A DNA stretch of 64,000 bases from Epithemia pelagica (taxonomy: Eukaryota; Protista; Bacillariophyta), in the NCBI GenBank assembly GCA_946965045.2, contig OX337228.1:2046001-2110000 (forward strand), given 5' to 3'. Positions 54,973 to 64,000 of this stretch are shown piece after piece. Both the position numbers and the translations under genes were made by a program. Each line of letters opens with the position of its first letter. Within the stretch, counting starts at the first letter, position 1. The notes beneath the pieces were generated by a model that saw only the letters and a list, made by a program, of their open reading frames with translations, did not search any database and was not told where the DNA came from.

Positions 54973-56400
54973 CTACCTGCCTGTCTTTCTCGCTTCGACT
55001 TCCTCCAGGTAGCTGGCAGCTTCGCGAACTAATGATACATCATTGGCGTCATCGAGAGCCCGAGCACATGTCATCAGTACATCTTCATGCGGTTGGATTG
55101 CGGCATACAAAATTGGATAGTTTTCACGGACGGTCACGTCATCGCTTGGACCAACAGCACCGAAAGCGCTACATCTGCTCTTGTTTGCCTCAGATCGTAC
55201 TCGATAGGCTTCAATCTCGTGAGGACTCACGACCACCGGTTCATCTTCGTCCTTTTCAACACTGAAGTTCGAATGAATAGAGTCAGATTCAATCTGATTC
55301 CATAGACTTGGAATCTTATCTTTCAGAACTTCTTGAAGTGTTTTCAATGAGGACACAAGATTTTGGTCACCGCTGATAATTTCTGTCAAGTTTTTGAAAG
55401 ACTGTGTCAGGAAATTATTTCCAGAGAGGTCCACGTCGTCAAACAGATCATTCTCCATGGCGTGGACTTCTCGTTCCAACGTGACTAGAAGGGCATTGTA
55501 CATATCAACGTTAGCAGTCACATTCATCTTGGATGTGTTTGCTACCATTGCAACAAGGTCACGCCAGTGTTCCAGGGCATTGAAGCATTTCAGTTCCATG
55601 AAAATGAAAAACGATAGCTCGATATCTCCAATCATATCCATCCAAGAATTACTGTAGATATCTCGTAGAACTCTCTGAAACGCCATGTCGGCGGGATGTG
55701 CGTCCATGGAGAGAGTTGTTCGGGAAGTTGTATCTAGTGACGTAAGGAACCGTTTTGTTCCCGCATGAGAGAGACTCTGTTTCGTAACACCTGATTCATT
55801 GGAAAGGACAGGAATATTCCGAGGAAACCAAATCTCTGTTCCATCCTGCTCTTCTCTTCGCGAGAGATCACTCCCCTCGCCAGCCGAGTTGTCGTCGTAT
55901 GACCCGGGCACAATTTTTCGTCCAGGACAAATGTGCCTTGCTTCAAGGAGATGAGAAGAGATATACTTCGTCAAGGATTTCCAGGCTTTGTTCTTGTTTT
56001 CGGATGACACGACTTGGTTGTAAGAAAGGATTCGAAGTGGGTGAATTGATTTGCTCCGAATGTGCTCTAATAAGTTGATTCGAGTTGCCTCATCTATCGT
56101 CCCAGGTGATACTTCTTCTGTGTAAGGGTCATAGTTTACCGCAAAATGAGAAAGATCACACGAAACATGGAAGCCTACTGCGATGGGAGAGTACTGTTGA
56201 ACCTGATTCTGCGGTTGGTGGGTTGGTGAGGCAGTCCGAATTGTCAACCAGTGAAACATATTCGAAGTAGGCCCATCCTGCTGCGGAAAGTTAACGAATC
56301 CCACGAAATCATCGCGTTGTACCTGTATTTCACAACCATCAAGGCTAATCAAGCTCCCTTTGGGCAACCCCAACACCGCAACATATTCGAGCATATTCAC
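54973..56400 (-). CDS. AAR2: AAR2 U5 snRNP assembly factor
   Basis: LPKGSLISLDG...FVGF, YDPYTEE, GDIELSFFIF...ALEHWRDLV. Confidence 0.78.
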   Translation of the reverse strand: MNMLEYVAVLGLPKGSLISLDGCEIQVQRDDFVGFVNFPQQDGPTSNMFHWLTIRTASPTHQPQNQVQQYSPIAVGFHVSCDLSHFAVNYDPYTEEVSPGTIDEATRINLLEHIRSKSIHPLRILSYNQVVSSENKNKAWKSLTKYISSHLLEARHICPGRKIVPGSYDDNSAGEGSDLSRREEQDGTEIWFPRNIPVLSNESGVTKQSLSHAGTKRFLTSLDTTSRTTLSMDAHPADMAFQRVLRDIYSNSWMDMIGDIELSFFIFMELKCFNALEHWRDLVAMVANTSKMNVTANVDMYNALLVTLEREVHAMENDLFDDVDLSGNNFLTQSFKNLTEIISGDQNLVSSLKTLQEVLKDKIPSLWNQIESDSIHSNFSVEKDEDEPVVVSPHEIEAYRVRSEANKSRCSAFGAVGPSDDVTVRENYPILYAAIQPHEDVLMTCARALDDANDVSLVREAASYLEEVEARKTGR

Positions 56401-56581
56401 CTCTTTCTACTGTCTTCCGATTTTGTGAGAAAATCTAGCGCCATGTCACGTGTAGTTTACGCGACCGCGTCACTTCGACGTCTGCGGACAGACGAGGACT
56501 ACGCATTTCGTCGACGCTTCCATGAACGACATGAAAGAAAAAAAATAATGGCATGCGAAAGAACTCAAATATATCGTCTTA

Positions 56582-58249
56582 ATGGTAGTTCGGTTGCTTG
56601 TCGTCCTTCCCCAGAATTTTCTTGGCGAGGAGGGGTTTCGTCAGTTGCAGGAAACAACTACGCATGATGCGACAACCGCCTTCGTTGTGACAGCAAAGTA
56701 TGCATCTCTTTCATTGTCTGCTAGCTCTGCCGCCGACATTGGGAAACCTGCCAGGTGGGCTGCTTTCTTCTTACCTCCGCCTCTGACAGAATCAGCCCTA
56801 CACGACTTCAAAGCAAAGGATTTTGCTCTGCTGGATCAATCATTAACAGGACAAGTCTCTCGTCGATTGTTGGCCATGGTTCACCCATTTCTGGCTGCCA
56901 ACTTTGCGTTACGAGGGATCATATCAGTTCAAAATTCTGACCACTGTCCAGCGGACATTATTATCGTAGACATATCCCATGCTCCTGTTGAGGTTGTTGA
57001 TCACATGCTTCAAATAACCAATGGAGAAAAGATTCACTCTGGACCGGAGGCCATCTTGAAGTTTGTTGTCATCTCATCAATTTCATTTCGTTCCGAAGGC
57101 GATGTCATGAGGCCCAAATTTGCAACAGCCGCTGCTGCTCCACGGAAAGAGTATGGTATACCAGCGTGTCCCGTTTGCTTGCATCGAATAGACCCTACCA
57201 GGATTGGTCTTCCGCCACCACAGAATCATCAGTTATGCTCTAAGTTCTGTCCTCCACCAAATCTCGCCTACCCGAACCATGAAGACAAGTCGTCATGTCC
57301 CCAGCAACGCCTGTTTCGACCGTGGCGGAGTCCCTGTCATTGCAACGCCTGTTGTCTGATTGAAGGATATTGGAAATCTGAGTTACAGGCGTTTAATCGC
57401 GATACCAGTAAGCACTTGCGGTGCTTCCGATGTGAGCTGGAAGAAACTCTTTGGGTCTGTCTGACCTGCGGATTCATCGGGTGCGGAAGATATTCCAACA
57501 AGCATTCTGTTGAACATTTTGATGAAACTGGACATCCTTTTAGCTTGGAACTGGCTACTTTGAGGATATGGGACTACTCGACAGGCTACTTCTGTCACCG
57601 TTCTGACGTTTTGGATTGCCCATCCTCTCCCCCATTGTTGTATCCTTGGGTTCACCAACGACAGCACGGAGATTTGTCTTATCAGAATGCACACTGGTCT
57701 GGAATGGATGAAATGAAATCGCCAAAAAAAGCCAGTATGATTGGCGAAGAATATGAAGCACTCTTACAGAGCGCTTTGGAAGACCAAGCGCAGCATTACG
57801 AAGGCGAAATCACAAGGCTTAGGTCCAGACTGACTGAAGATGCTTTCGATAAGAGTACGATGAGTCCCCAGGAAGCTGATGAAATTACAGTTCTTCAAGC
57901 TGAGATAGCCTCACTCCGTACAGAGATTTCTCGCTGTAGCCGTGAACTTTTGGAGTGGCAAGCCCGAGAATCACGCAGTCAAAGAAGGAGTAAAAGTTTA
58001 TTGGGTGAACAAAAAGTGGCTCAAGATTTACTAACGACTATCAAAGAAGAAGCTGCAAAGGAGCACATCGAAGGAAGTGTTCAAGTGGAAGAACTAGAGC
58101 AGCAAATAGCTGATTTGACTGCGAACCAGAACATGCGTCGACAGTTCTCTCAAGATGAGGAGCTGCAACAAGCCCAGATTTGGGGCATGTCTTCCGAAGC
58201 CGGTCGAGCAAAGAGGGGGAAGAAAGCGAAACGGGGGTATCGCAAATAG
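56582..58249 (+). CDS. BRAP: BRAP/BRAP2-type RING, zf-UBP and coiled-coil E3 ligase (start uncertain)
   Basis: CPVCLHRID; zf-UBP C..C...LWVCLTCGFIGCGRYSNKHSVEHF.ETGH.F.LEL.T.RIWDY; EYEALLQSALEDQAQHYE. Confidence 0.85.
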   Translation: MVVRLLVVLPQNFLGEEGFRQLQETTTHDATTAFVVTAKYASLSLSASSAADIGKPARWAAFFLPPPLTESALHDFKAKDFALLDQSLTGQVSRRLLAMVHPFLAANFALRGIISVQNSDHCPADIIIVDISHAPVEVVDHMLQITNGEKIHSGPEAILKFVVISSISFRSEGDVMRPKFATAAAAPRKEYGIPACPVCLHRIDPTRIGLPPPQNHQLCSKFCPPPNLAYPNHEDKSSCPQQRLFRPWRSPCHCNACCLIEGYWKSELQAFNRDTSKHLRCFRCELEETLWVCLTCGFIGCGRYSNKHSVEHFDETGHPFSLELATLRIWDYSTGYFCHRSDVLDCPSSPPLLYPWVHQRQHGDLSYQNAHWSGMDEMKSPKKASMIGEEYEALLQSALEDQAQHYEGEITRLRSRLTEDAFDKSTMSPQEADEITVLQAEIASLRTEISRCSRELLEWQARESRSQRRSKSLLGEQKVAQDLLTTIKEEAAKEHIEGSVQVEELEQQIADLTANQNMRRQFSQDEELQQAQIWGMSSEAGRAKRGKKAKRGYRK

Positions 58250-58277
58250 CCTACATTCGGAGCTGCAACAAATCTAC

Positions 58278-60771
58278 CTACTTGAACAGTCTCCAAAGGA
58301 ATACAGGAAGGAGCAGCGCGAGAGCATTCCGATAGTCGGCAAGAACACGAAAGTTCACTCGAACACCCGTTTTCCGGAAAACATAGTCTGATGCAAGTCC
58401 GGCCAGTTCCACAAAGACCTGGATTTCATAGCTCCCAAGTCTCGCATTTGATGTATCGCCGACAAAGCCTACCATGGATGGATCAATTTTTGTCGCCCCG
58501 GTAACGACCTGATGAAACCCTTCGTCGGTTAGTTCCCCTTGTTGTAGTAGTGGCGGTTTCTTCACTTCTGATGACCTGGCTGTTGTTGTTGTTGCAGTTG
58601 TTGGAGAATATACCAGAGGAAGCTGAACAATCGCCTTTGCACGTTCAACAACTTTGGATATATTTCTTTCTTCCCCCGAGACAACCCCAAAATTGAACAT
58701 TCCTTCAATTGTGGACTCAATACGCTCCACGATGTCCATTTCCCGCACCTTCTTGACACGCTGGATATGCATTTCTTCGAGAAGAGCTTTCATATCTTTT
58801 TGACACGACGACAAACTCTGTGGCCCAGGTGGTGCGTAGGGTCCCAGTAAATCACAATGACGTTTCACAAGATGGCCGTAGTGAGAAGCTCCGGAAAGAC
58901 TGCGGGAGATGGCATCAACGACCTGCGGGGTGAAAACTCTGAATACTCGTTCAATGATCCTCATTGACCTGTGATACTTGTGAGTCGAAAAGTCGAGTTC
59001 CCTCGCTCGCCGAAGAAAAATTGCCAAGGGAGTTGCATACATATGTACGTTCGCCGCAATATATGGCTCCCATTCTTTACTGTAACGGCTAGTTTGATTC
59101 TGTTTCGGAAGTGACAATGTCCTTTTTTGCCGTTTCTGGCGGTTTTCGGCATTGCCCATCATTCTTTGTGCCGCATGACGTGGGGAAAAATCGTGTCCTT
59201 TTGCTGAGATAGGATTATAGACTGCTGTGAGATCTTCAAAATGCACAATTGGCAGATTATGATTATTCCCTTAACTTACTTTCGTTGACATTCCATGGTT
59301 CAAGCCACATCAGCCAAGCATCTAATACGCCGAAAAATGGAGAAGATTCCTGTTGGTGGATAGATGCATGTCGGAATGATGCGCGAATGTAGTTTAGAAA
59401 CGGCTGGGTCATCGTCTCCATGGCTGCAGAGGGCTTCCAATCGTTTTCTCTGATAGCGTATTTGCTCAATGCGGGGTCGAGGATGACGTGGACCACTACG
59501 GAACAAAGCCCTCTCTGTGCTTGAGCAACAGGAGGTTCATAATGAACCACAACGAGATCATAAGCATTGTCAAGATCAAACGAAGGTGGAGCAAGTTGAC
59601 CAGACCTTGCACGGCGATCCATAATAGCTTCCAAAACAGCGCTTGTCGGTTTAACATTCCCATGTGCTTCCAACCATAAGGAGACAATTATTCGTAGAAA
59701 AAGCTCCGATTCACTGTTCTCCGAGGCCAATTTAATGTCTCGTAACCCCTCTTTCTCATACGGTAGAAAATGATGCAAGTACTTCCGCAGCAAATAGTTA
59801 TAGACTGTTTCGCCATATGTTTGCTTCTGGGAAGGTACTGTGATTGAGGAAGAGGCATATCCTTGAGGTGCAGGTGTAATTTTTGCCGTCGATTTCACCG
59901 ATGGAAAGTTCAGAAAGAGCATGAGATAGTATTCCAGCATGCTTAAGATTACTTTTGGACGATGCCTTTCGCCATTCTTTATTTCTTCCGACGATGTCTT
60001 GATAGGTGATTTAGCTACAGAGTTTTGCATCCCCACCGAGCTGTGAAAACCTCGTGGACTAAGCTTCATCATAGACGAGTGTTGCGTATTCTGAGCTTTT
60101 TCTTGACAGAATTTGATTAGATCGTGTTGTTCCAAAGGGCCTCGGCGGATCAGTTTCGTAAGAAGCTTCCTGGTATTCTCAGTGCACGTAAGTTCCCTTG
60201 TAGGAAGAGGATTTTGCAGCGTCGCCAGCCATGATTCGCGAAGAGTTTCTGGAAGGGCGTCAAGAGGGAAGATGAAGCCCCATCCGGGTCTGTTCACACT
60301 TTCACTTGAAATGGCTTCAATCAATGCCTGAGGAAGAGGATCAGGCGTCAGCTGCTTCCCCGCAGTGCCAAGGAGCTTCACCACAGGGTCTGATTCGATG
60401 GATGAGCCTGACTGCTTCGTGCTTCCTGCAGATGGTCGAGCCAATGACGCCGTGGAATTTGCATGATTCCGTGGCATGGTGGAATTGAGGCTCCATGGAG
60501 ATCTTTCTGACAACCACCCATTTTCTTTATGGCGATAGAAATCTCTCTTGTTCAAGGATATGTTGTAGTTATTGTCAGCACCACTTTGGGTTGTGCCTTT
60601 TACACGGACGAGCGGTCCAAAGATTCGGTCACAAAGAGGCTCAAATAGTCCATAGAAACGACTCTCCGCCGCCGTGCCACCAGCTGTCAATTCAACTTGG
60701 ACATACGAGAGCATAGCCAACGCGACCTCGGCAGGGTTCTTCTTCTCATTCTTCAGTGCTTCTTCCAACAT
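58278..60771 (-). CDS. SMPD4: SMPD4 (neutral sphingomyelinase 3)-like protein; intron 59279 to 59234 (or 59225)
   Basis: EYYLMLF, FGVLDAWLMWLEPWNV and WEPYIAANVHMY..FLRR resemble recalled SMPD4 blocks; C-terminal hydrophobic anchor. Confidence 0.65.
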
Positions 60772-61009
60772 AGTGATGGTGGGAGTTCATTACCACAAAC
60801 AAGACGTTCTTGACGAGAATGTGGCACCTTTGAGTCGATGAACTGTCAGTGGAACACGGTGTCAGTGGAACTCCAACAGACACATAGTTTTAGCTTTATG
60901 ATGTCGCCCTTTTGTCGCAGTCCATTAGATCCTCCAGCCCCGGGGCGGATATGGATATGTCTCTGCGAAAAAGATCCAGATCTTCTTACACGCACTTCAC
61001 AAAACAAAC

Positions 61010-61589
61010 ATGAAAGTGGCAAAGTTGTTGTTGACATGGCTCTGTGTGGCAATCACACAATATAATCTTGTTGTGCATGCGTTCTCACTTGGTGTTCTTT
61101 CCCCAGTGATGGAACCATCAGGATGGCGATCATCCGTCGCCGATCCGTCGAAGAAGTCCACGTGTATTTCCAATCCTGGCTTCACCACTGTTTTACTTGC
61201 CCGCGCAGACGATTCTGATGAATCTGCTGGGAAACCAGACCCACTGGGACTTAACCGTGGAAAGTACTTGCTTCTCCTTTCACTTTTCCTATCCATTTGG
61301 ATCTTCTCGATCCCCCCTGAGTTCCGTCGGGCACGATTTTGCCCTTCGGAGGAATGCGCTGGTAAGAAATGAAAAGGCAGCTTGACCTGGATGCACATTT
61401 TGGCCTTATGATGGACTCATCTCCCCTTTCTTTGTGTCGACTCTTTCAGCTCAAACTCCTCGTTGTATGGAGTGTGTGACGCCTTCCGAATGGACAACTG
61501 GTATTGCCGAGTACTACAAGAATGGTGGGGGAATCCAATTTGATTTTTCTATCGACCAATCAACAAAAGACTACTGGGCAGGGAAATAG
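61010..61589 (+). CDS. Small putative plastid membrane protein with a Cys cluster; intron 61362-61449
   Basis: Presequence VVHA|FS; TM LLLLSLFLSIWIFSIPPEFRR; spliced FCPSEECA-AQTPRCMECVTPSEW...GGGIQFDFSID. Confidence 0.65.
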
Positions 61590-61866
61590 AACTTTGCGTT
61601 TATCAATATCTCAGGTATGAACGATGAGCCATGACATGGCGTGCAATCAGTTCTTTCGCATCGGGACCGGTTATCATTCACGATTCACGATCCAAAGAGG
61701 TGTTTAGATTGACCATAACATGTTATTGCTTGATATTTTCTCTATCTGAAATGTACAGCAGTTCTTTTGCAAGCCTTCCTTATGGAAGACCTGGTCTCTG
61801 GTCTCATCTTATTTTGACCAAAGAGACCTCACCACTAGAGAGAGCGAGATAGCGAAGAAAAAGCTA

Positions 61867-61877
61867 GGAGTAGGTAG
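61867..61877 (+). promoter_or_regulatory. GGAGTAGGTAG motif in a CTAG-rich patch (61863-61893) between co-oriented genes
   Basis: Exact match to the motifs at 1984 and 48997 (reverse complement). Confidence 0.4.
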
Positions 61878-62091
61878 GTCTAGCTACTAGGAGAAAGGGC
61901 CTTCCACAGGGATAGCGCGACTGCGAGCTGGAGAGGTGCAGTAGGCGCGCGCCAACTTCCTAACAGACAAGTCACGCAGATTTGGTAACAAATGTTTCTC
62001 ATTTTGTTTCATCCGAATAGTGTGATGGCAATGGCATTACTAGATTAACCAAACTTCATTTTGTCGGTACTCCTTCATTGTTTCCCTAGCC

Positions 62092-64000
62092 ATGTCCATT
62101 CAGTCAGATCAACGAGCACAGACACAACGACCAGCAGTGAAGCTGCCTCAAGTCATTGCTTTCATGCTGGTCAGCTGGCGTATCTTTGTCGCTTCTCTGG
62201 TCGGACCTGTAACTGTGGCGGTTTTCCCTCTTGTCGTTCTCCTCATGGGATGGATTTCGACAAGTACAAATGGACTGCTGACCCTACTACTTTGGCTCAG
62301 CTTTTATACTGGATTCACTCTGGTGGTTCGTCGCATGACACCGACGAAAAAAGATTATGATGATTGCATGGCCAGGTTATCATCACGGTACCTGTTTCAA
62401 TCATTTTTGCTGACAATCCTTGTCATTCGATTTTTCGTCTTCCCACTGAGTGAAACATTGGGGGTCTCCATTGCTTGGTATCCCGATGTTTTTTCTTTTT
62501 TCCGGTTTTCTACAACTCTATTGGTCATAGAACTATCAGTGATTGCTCGATACATCGGACCTCAGTCTATTAGTGAGTGCGGCATTGTCAATCTACAGAC
62601 ACTCGTGGCCATTCTGCCCACTCACCCTTCCTGCCTCTTGCGTTCACAGTGCGATGCTCCTCGTTCCCACTTGCGTCGAGTCCACTAGTTTCTTTCTTGA
62701 GGTTTATAGTCAAACAAGCCATCGACGTGTTTCTTCCACCGACACACATCAATAAGCATGCTTCAACAGGTTTTCTGCCGGGTTCCTCGTCACGTTGGCG
62801 TGGACGCCGTTTTCGATATCCGTCATTCTTGACATTCATCGCCCATACGATCATTGCAATCTTCTCTGGATTCGCTCTATTTTATGGTGGTTTTGTGTTT
62901 GAGAACAACAGGCCGATTGGCTTTGCACTGGCCAGTAGTATATTCACAATGCTTCTTCCCCTAGCTTGGTTTGTGGCATGGGATGATCATGAGCTAGATC
63001 CCTGTCTCTATAGTGGGGGAATGGAGAGAACATACATCAATGTGTGCTTTCGGCTGTTTCGTGGTGCTTTGGTTTCCTCGGCAATGGCTATTGGAATGAC
63101 GTTTGTCACTGTCTATCTCTCCAACCAATCGTTTCCCGACAATTGGGCACTGATGAGTGGTCGTCTTTTCGTTTCTCTTCTTCTTCTCAGCCTCTGGAGT
63201 TTTCTTTTTGATGACATGCTGAGGCGAATCATATTGTTCGAGACAAATTTTGAGGAAGATGTAGGCACAACGATTCGCTGTCTAATTGAAAATGAAACTA
63301 TTTCAGAAAGGGCATTGTCGACCGGGGCCCAAGGAGCGATGGGGCTACATCAAACTCACCTTGTCGAGGCTCTAATCACGGACATGGGAATCCACTTAAC
63401 GACGAGAGTTGAGAATCAAGTTGAGTGTCCATTGGAACAGGATGTTTTACGATTCCTCATTTTACGGGCAATGGGTGGTGGTGGCGGCGACAAGAAGTTT
63501 TCCTCTATCGAGTCTTTGTGGATTCCTGACCGACAACGAGAAAATATTTACAAATATGTGGTTGCAAACTATTCCTCCACTGCATTTCTGTTTGGGCAGC
63601 ATCGCACTCATATTCTTATTCGGGGCCTTTGTGTGTTTGCCGGAGGGCTTGGCGAGGCACTCCGTCTCGCTTCTGAGAAGCAAGTCTTCCGCTTCAGAGA
63701 AGAGCGTTGGACTGTTCCTCCGGCAATGATTACCGAAATGCAGTTTACTGTTCGGGCCCTCTTACGAATATTACATGTCGTTTCAACTTGCTCAGGCCAG
63801 TCTAGCTCTGTCCAACTCAGTATACTTGTACCTGAGGTGGTGACAGCCCTCTTTCGACTTCGCAGTGGAATATACTCGATGAAGGGCGTGAATAATGGAG
63901 AAGCATCCAATTTTCAAGCAAATGCCATGCTGTCTTTACGACTGGACGAGATTGTGGAGCAGTGCGATAACGCAGCAGTTCTTGTTTGGTCAACTCAATC
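62092..64000 (+). CDS. Multi-pass membrane protein, 3'-truncated by the window; tentatively NDC1-like; intron 62573-62649
   Basis: After a GTGAGT..CACAG intron the frame stays open to the window end. Many TM segments then a helical soluble region. NDC1 resemblance is weak. Confidence 0.55.

Overview
Gene-dense eukaryotic nuclear DNA, most likely a diatom. This rests on short 46-92 nt GT-AG introns, bipartite plastid presequences with Phe after the signal peptide, and an ISIP2/FEA1-like gene; the species cannot be determined. About 25 host genes are present, including CLK, NDK-like, SPCS1, CNNM, RECQL4-like, CABIN1-like, APE1, p24, two YbaB/EbfC, eIF3h, LysRS, NOM1, TRM10, ABC1K, AAR2, BRAP and SMPD4-like, plus one tRNA-Ser(UGA). 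Two large mobile elements interrupt them. (1) A ~6.7 kb piggyBac-like DNA transposon (~21754-28503) has 226-bp near-perfect TIRs, no TTAA flanks, a very long transposase with two putative Tudor/SH3-like modules, and two passenger ORFs. (2) A ~7.2 kb CRE-like non-LTR retrotransposon (~32751-39959, minus strand; RT plus restriction-like endonuclease) appears to start 3 nt downstream of the tRNA-Ser 3' end, with a candidate CTC target duplication. An oriented GGAGTAGG(TAG) motif in CTAG-rich patches also marks the head-to-tail gene junctions. All calls come from reading the sequence and recalled family motifs; no database searches were run.
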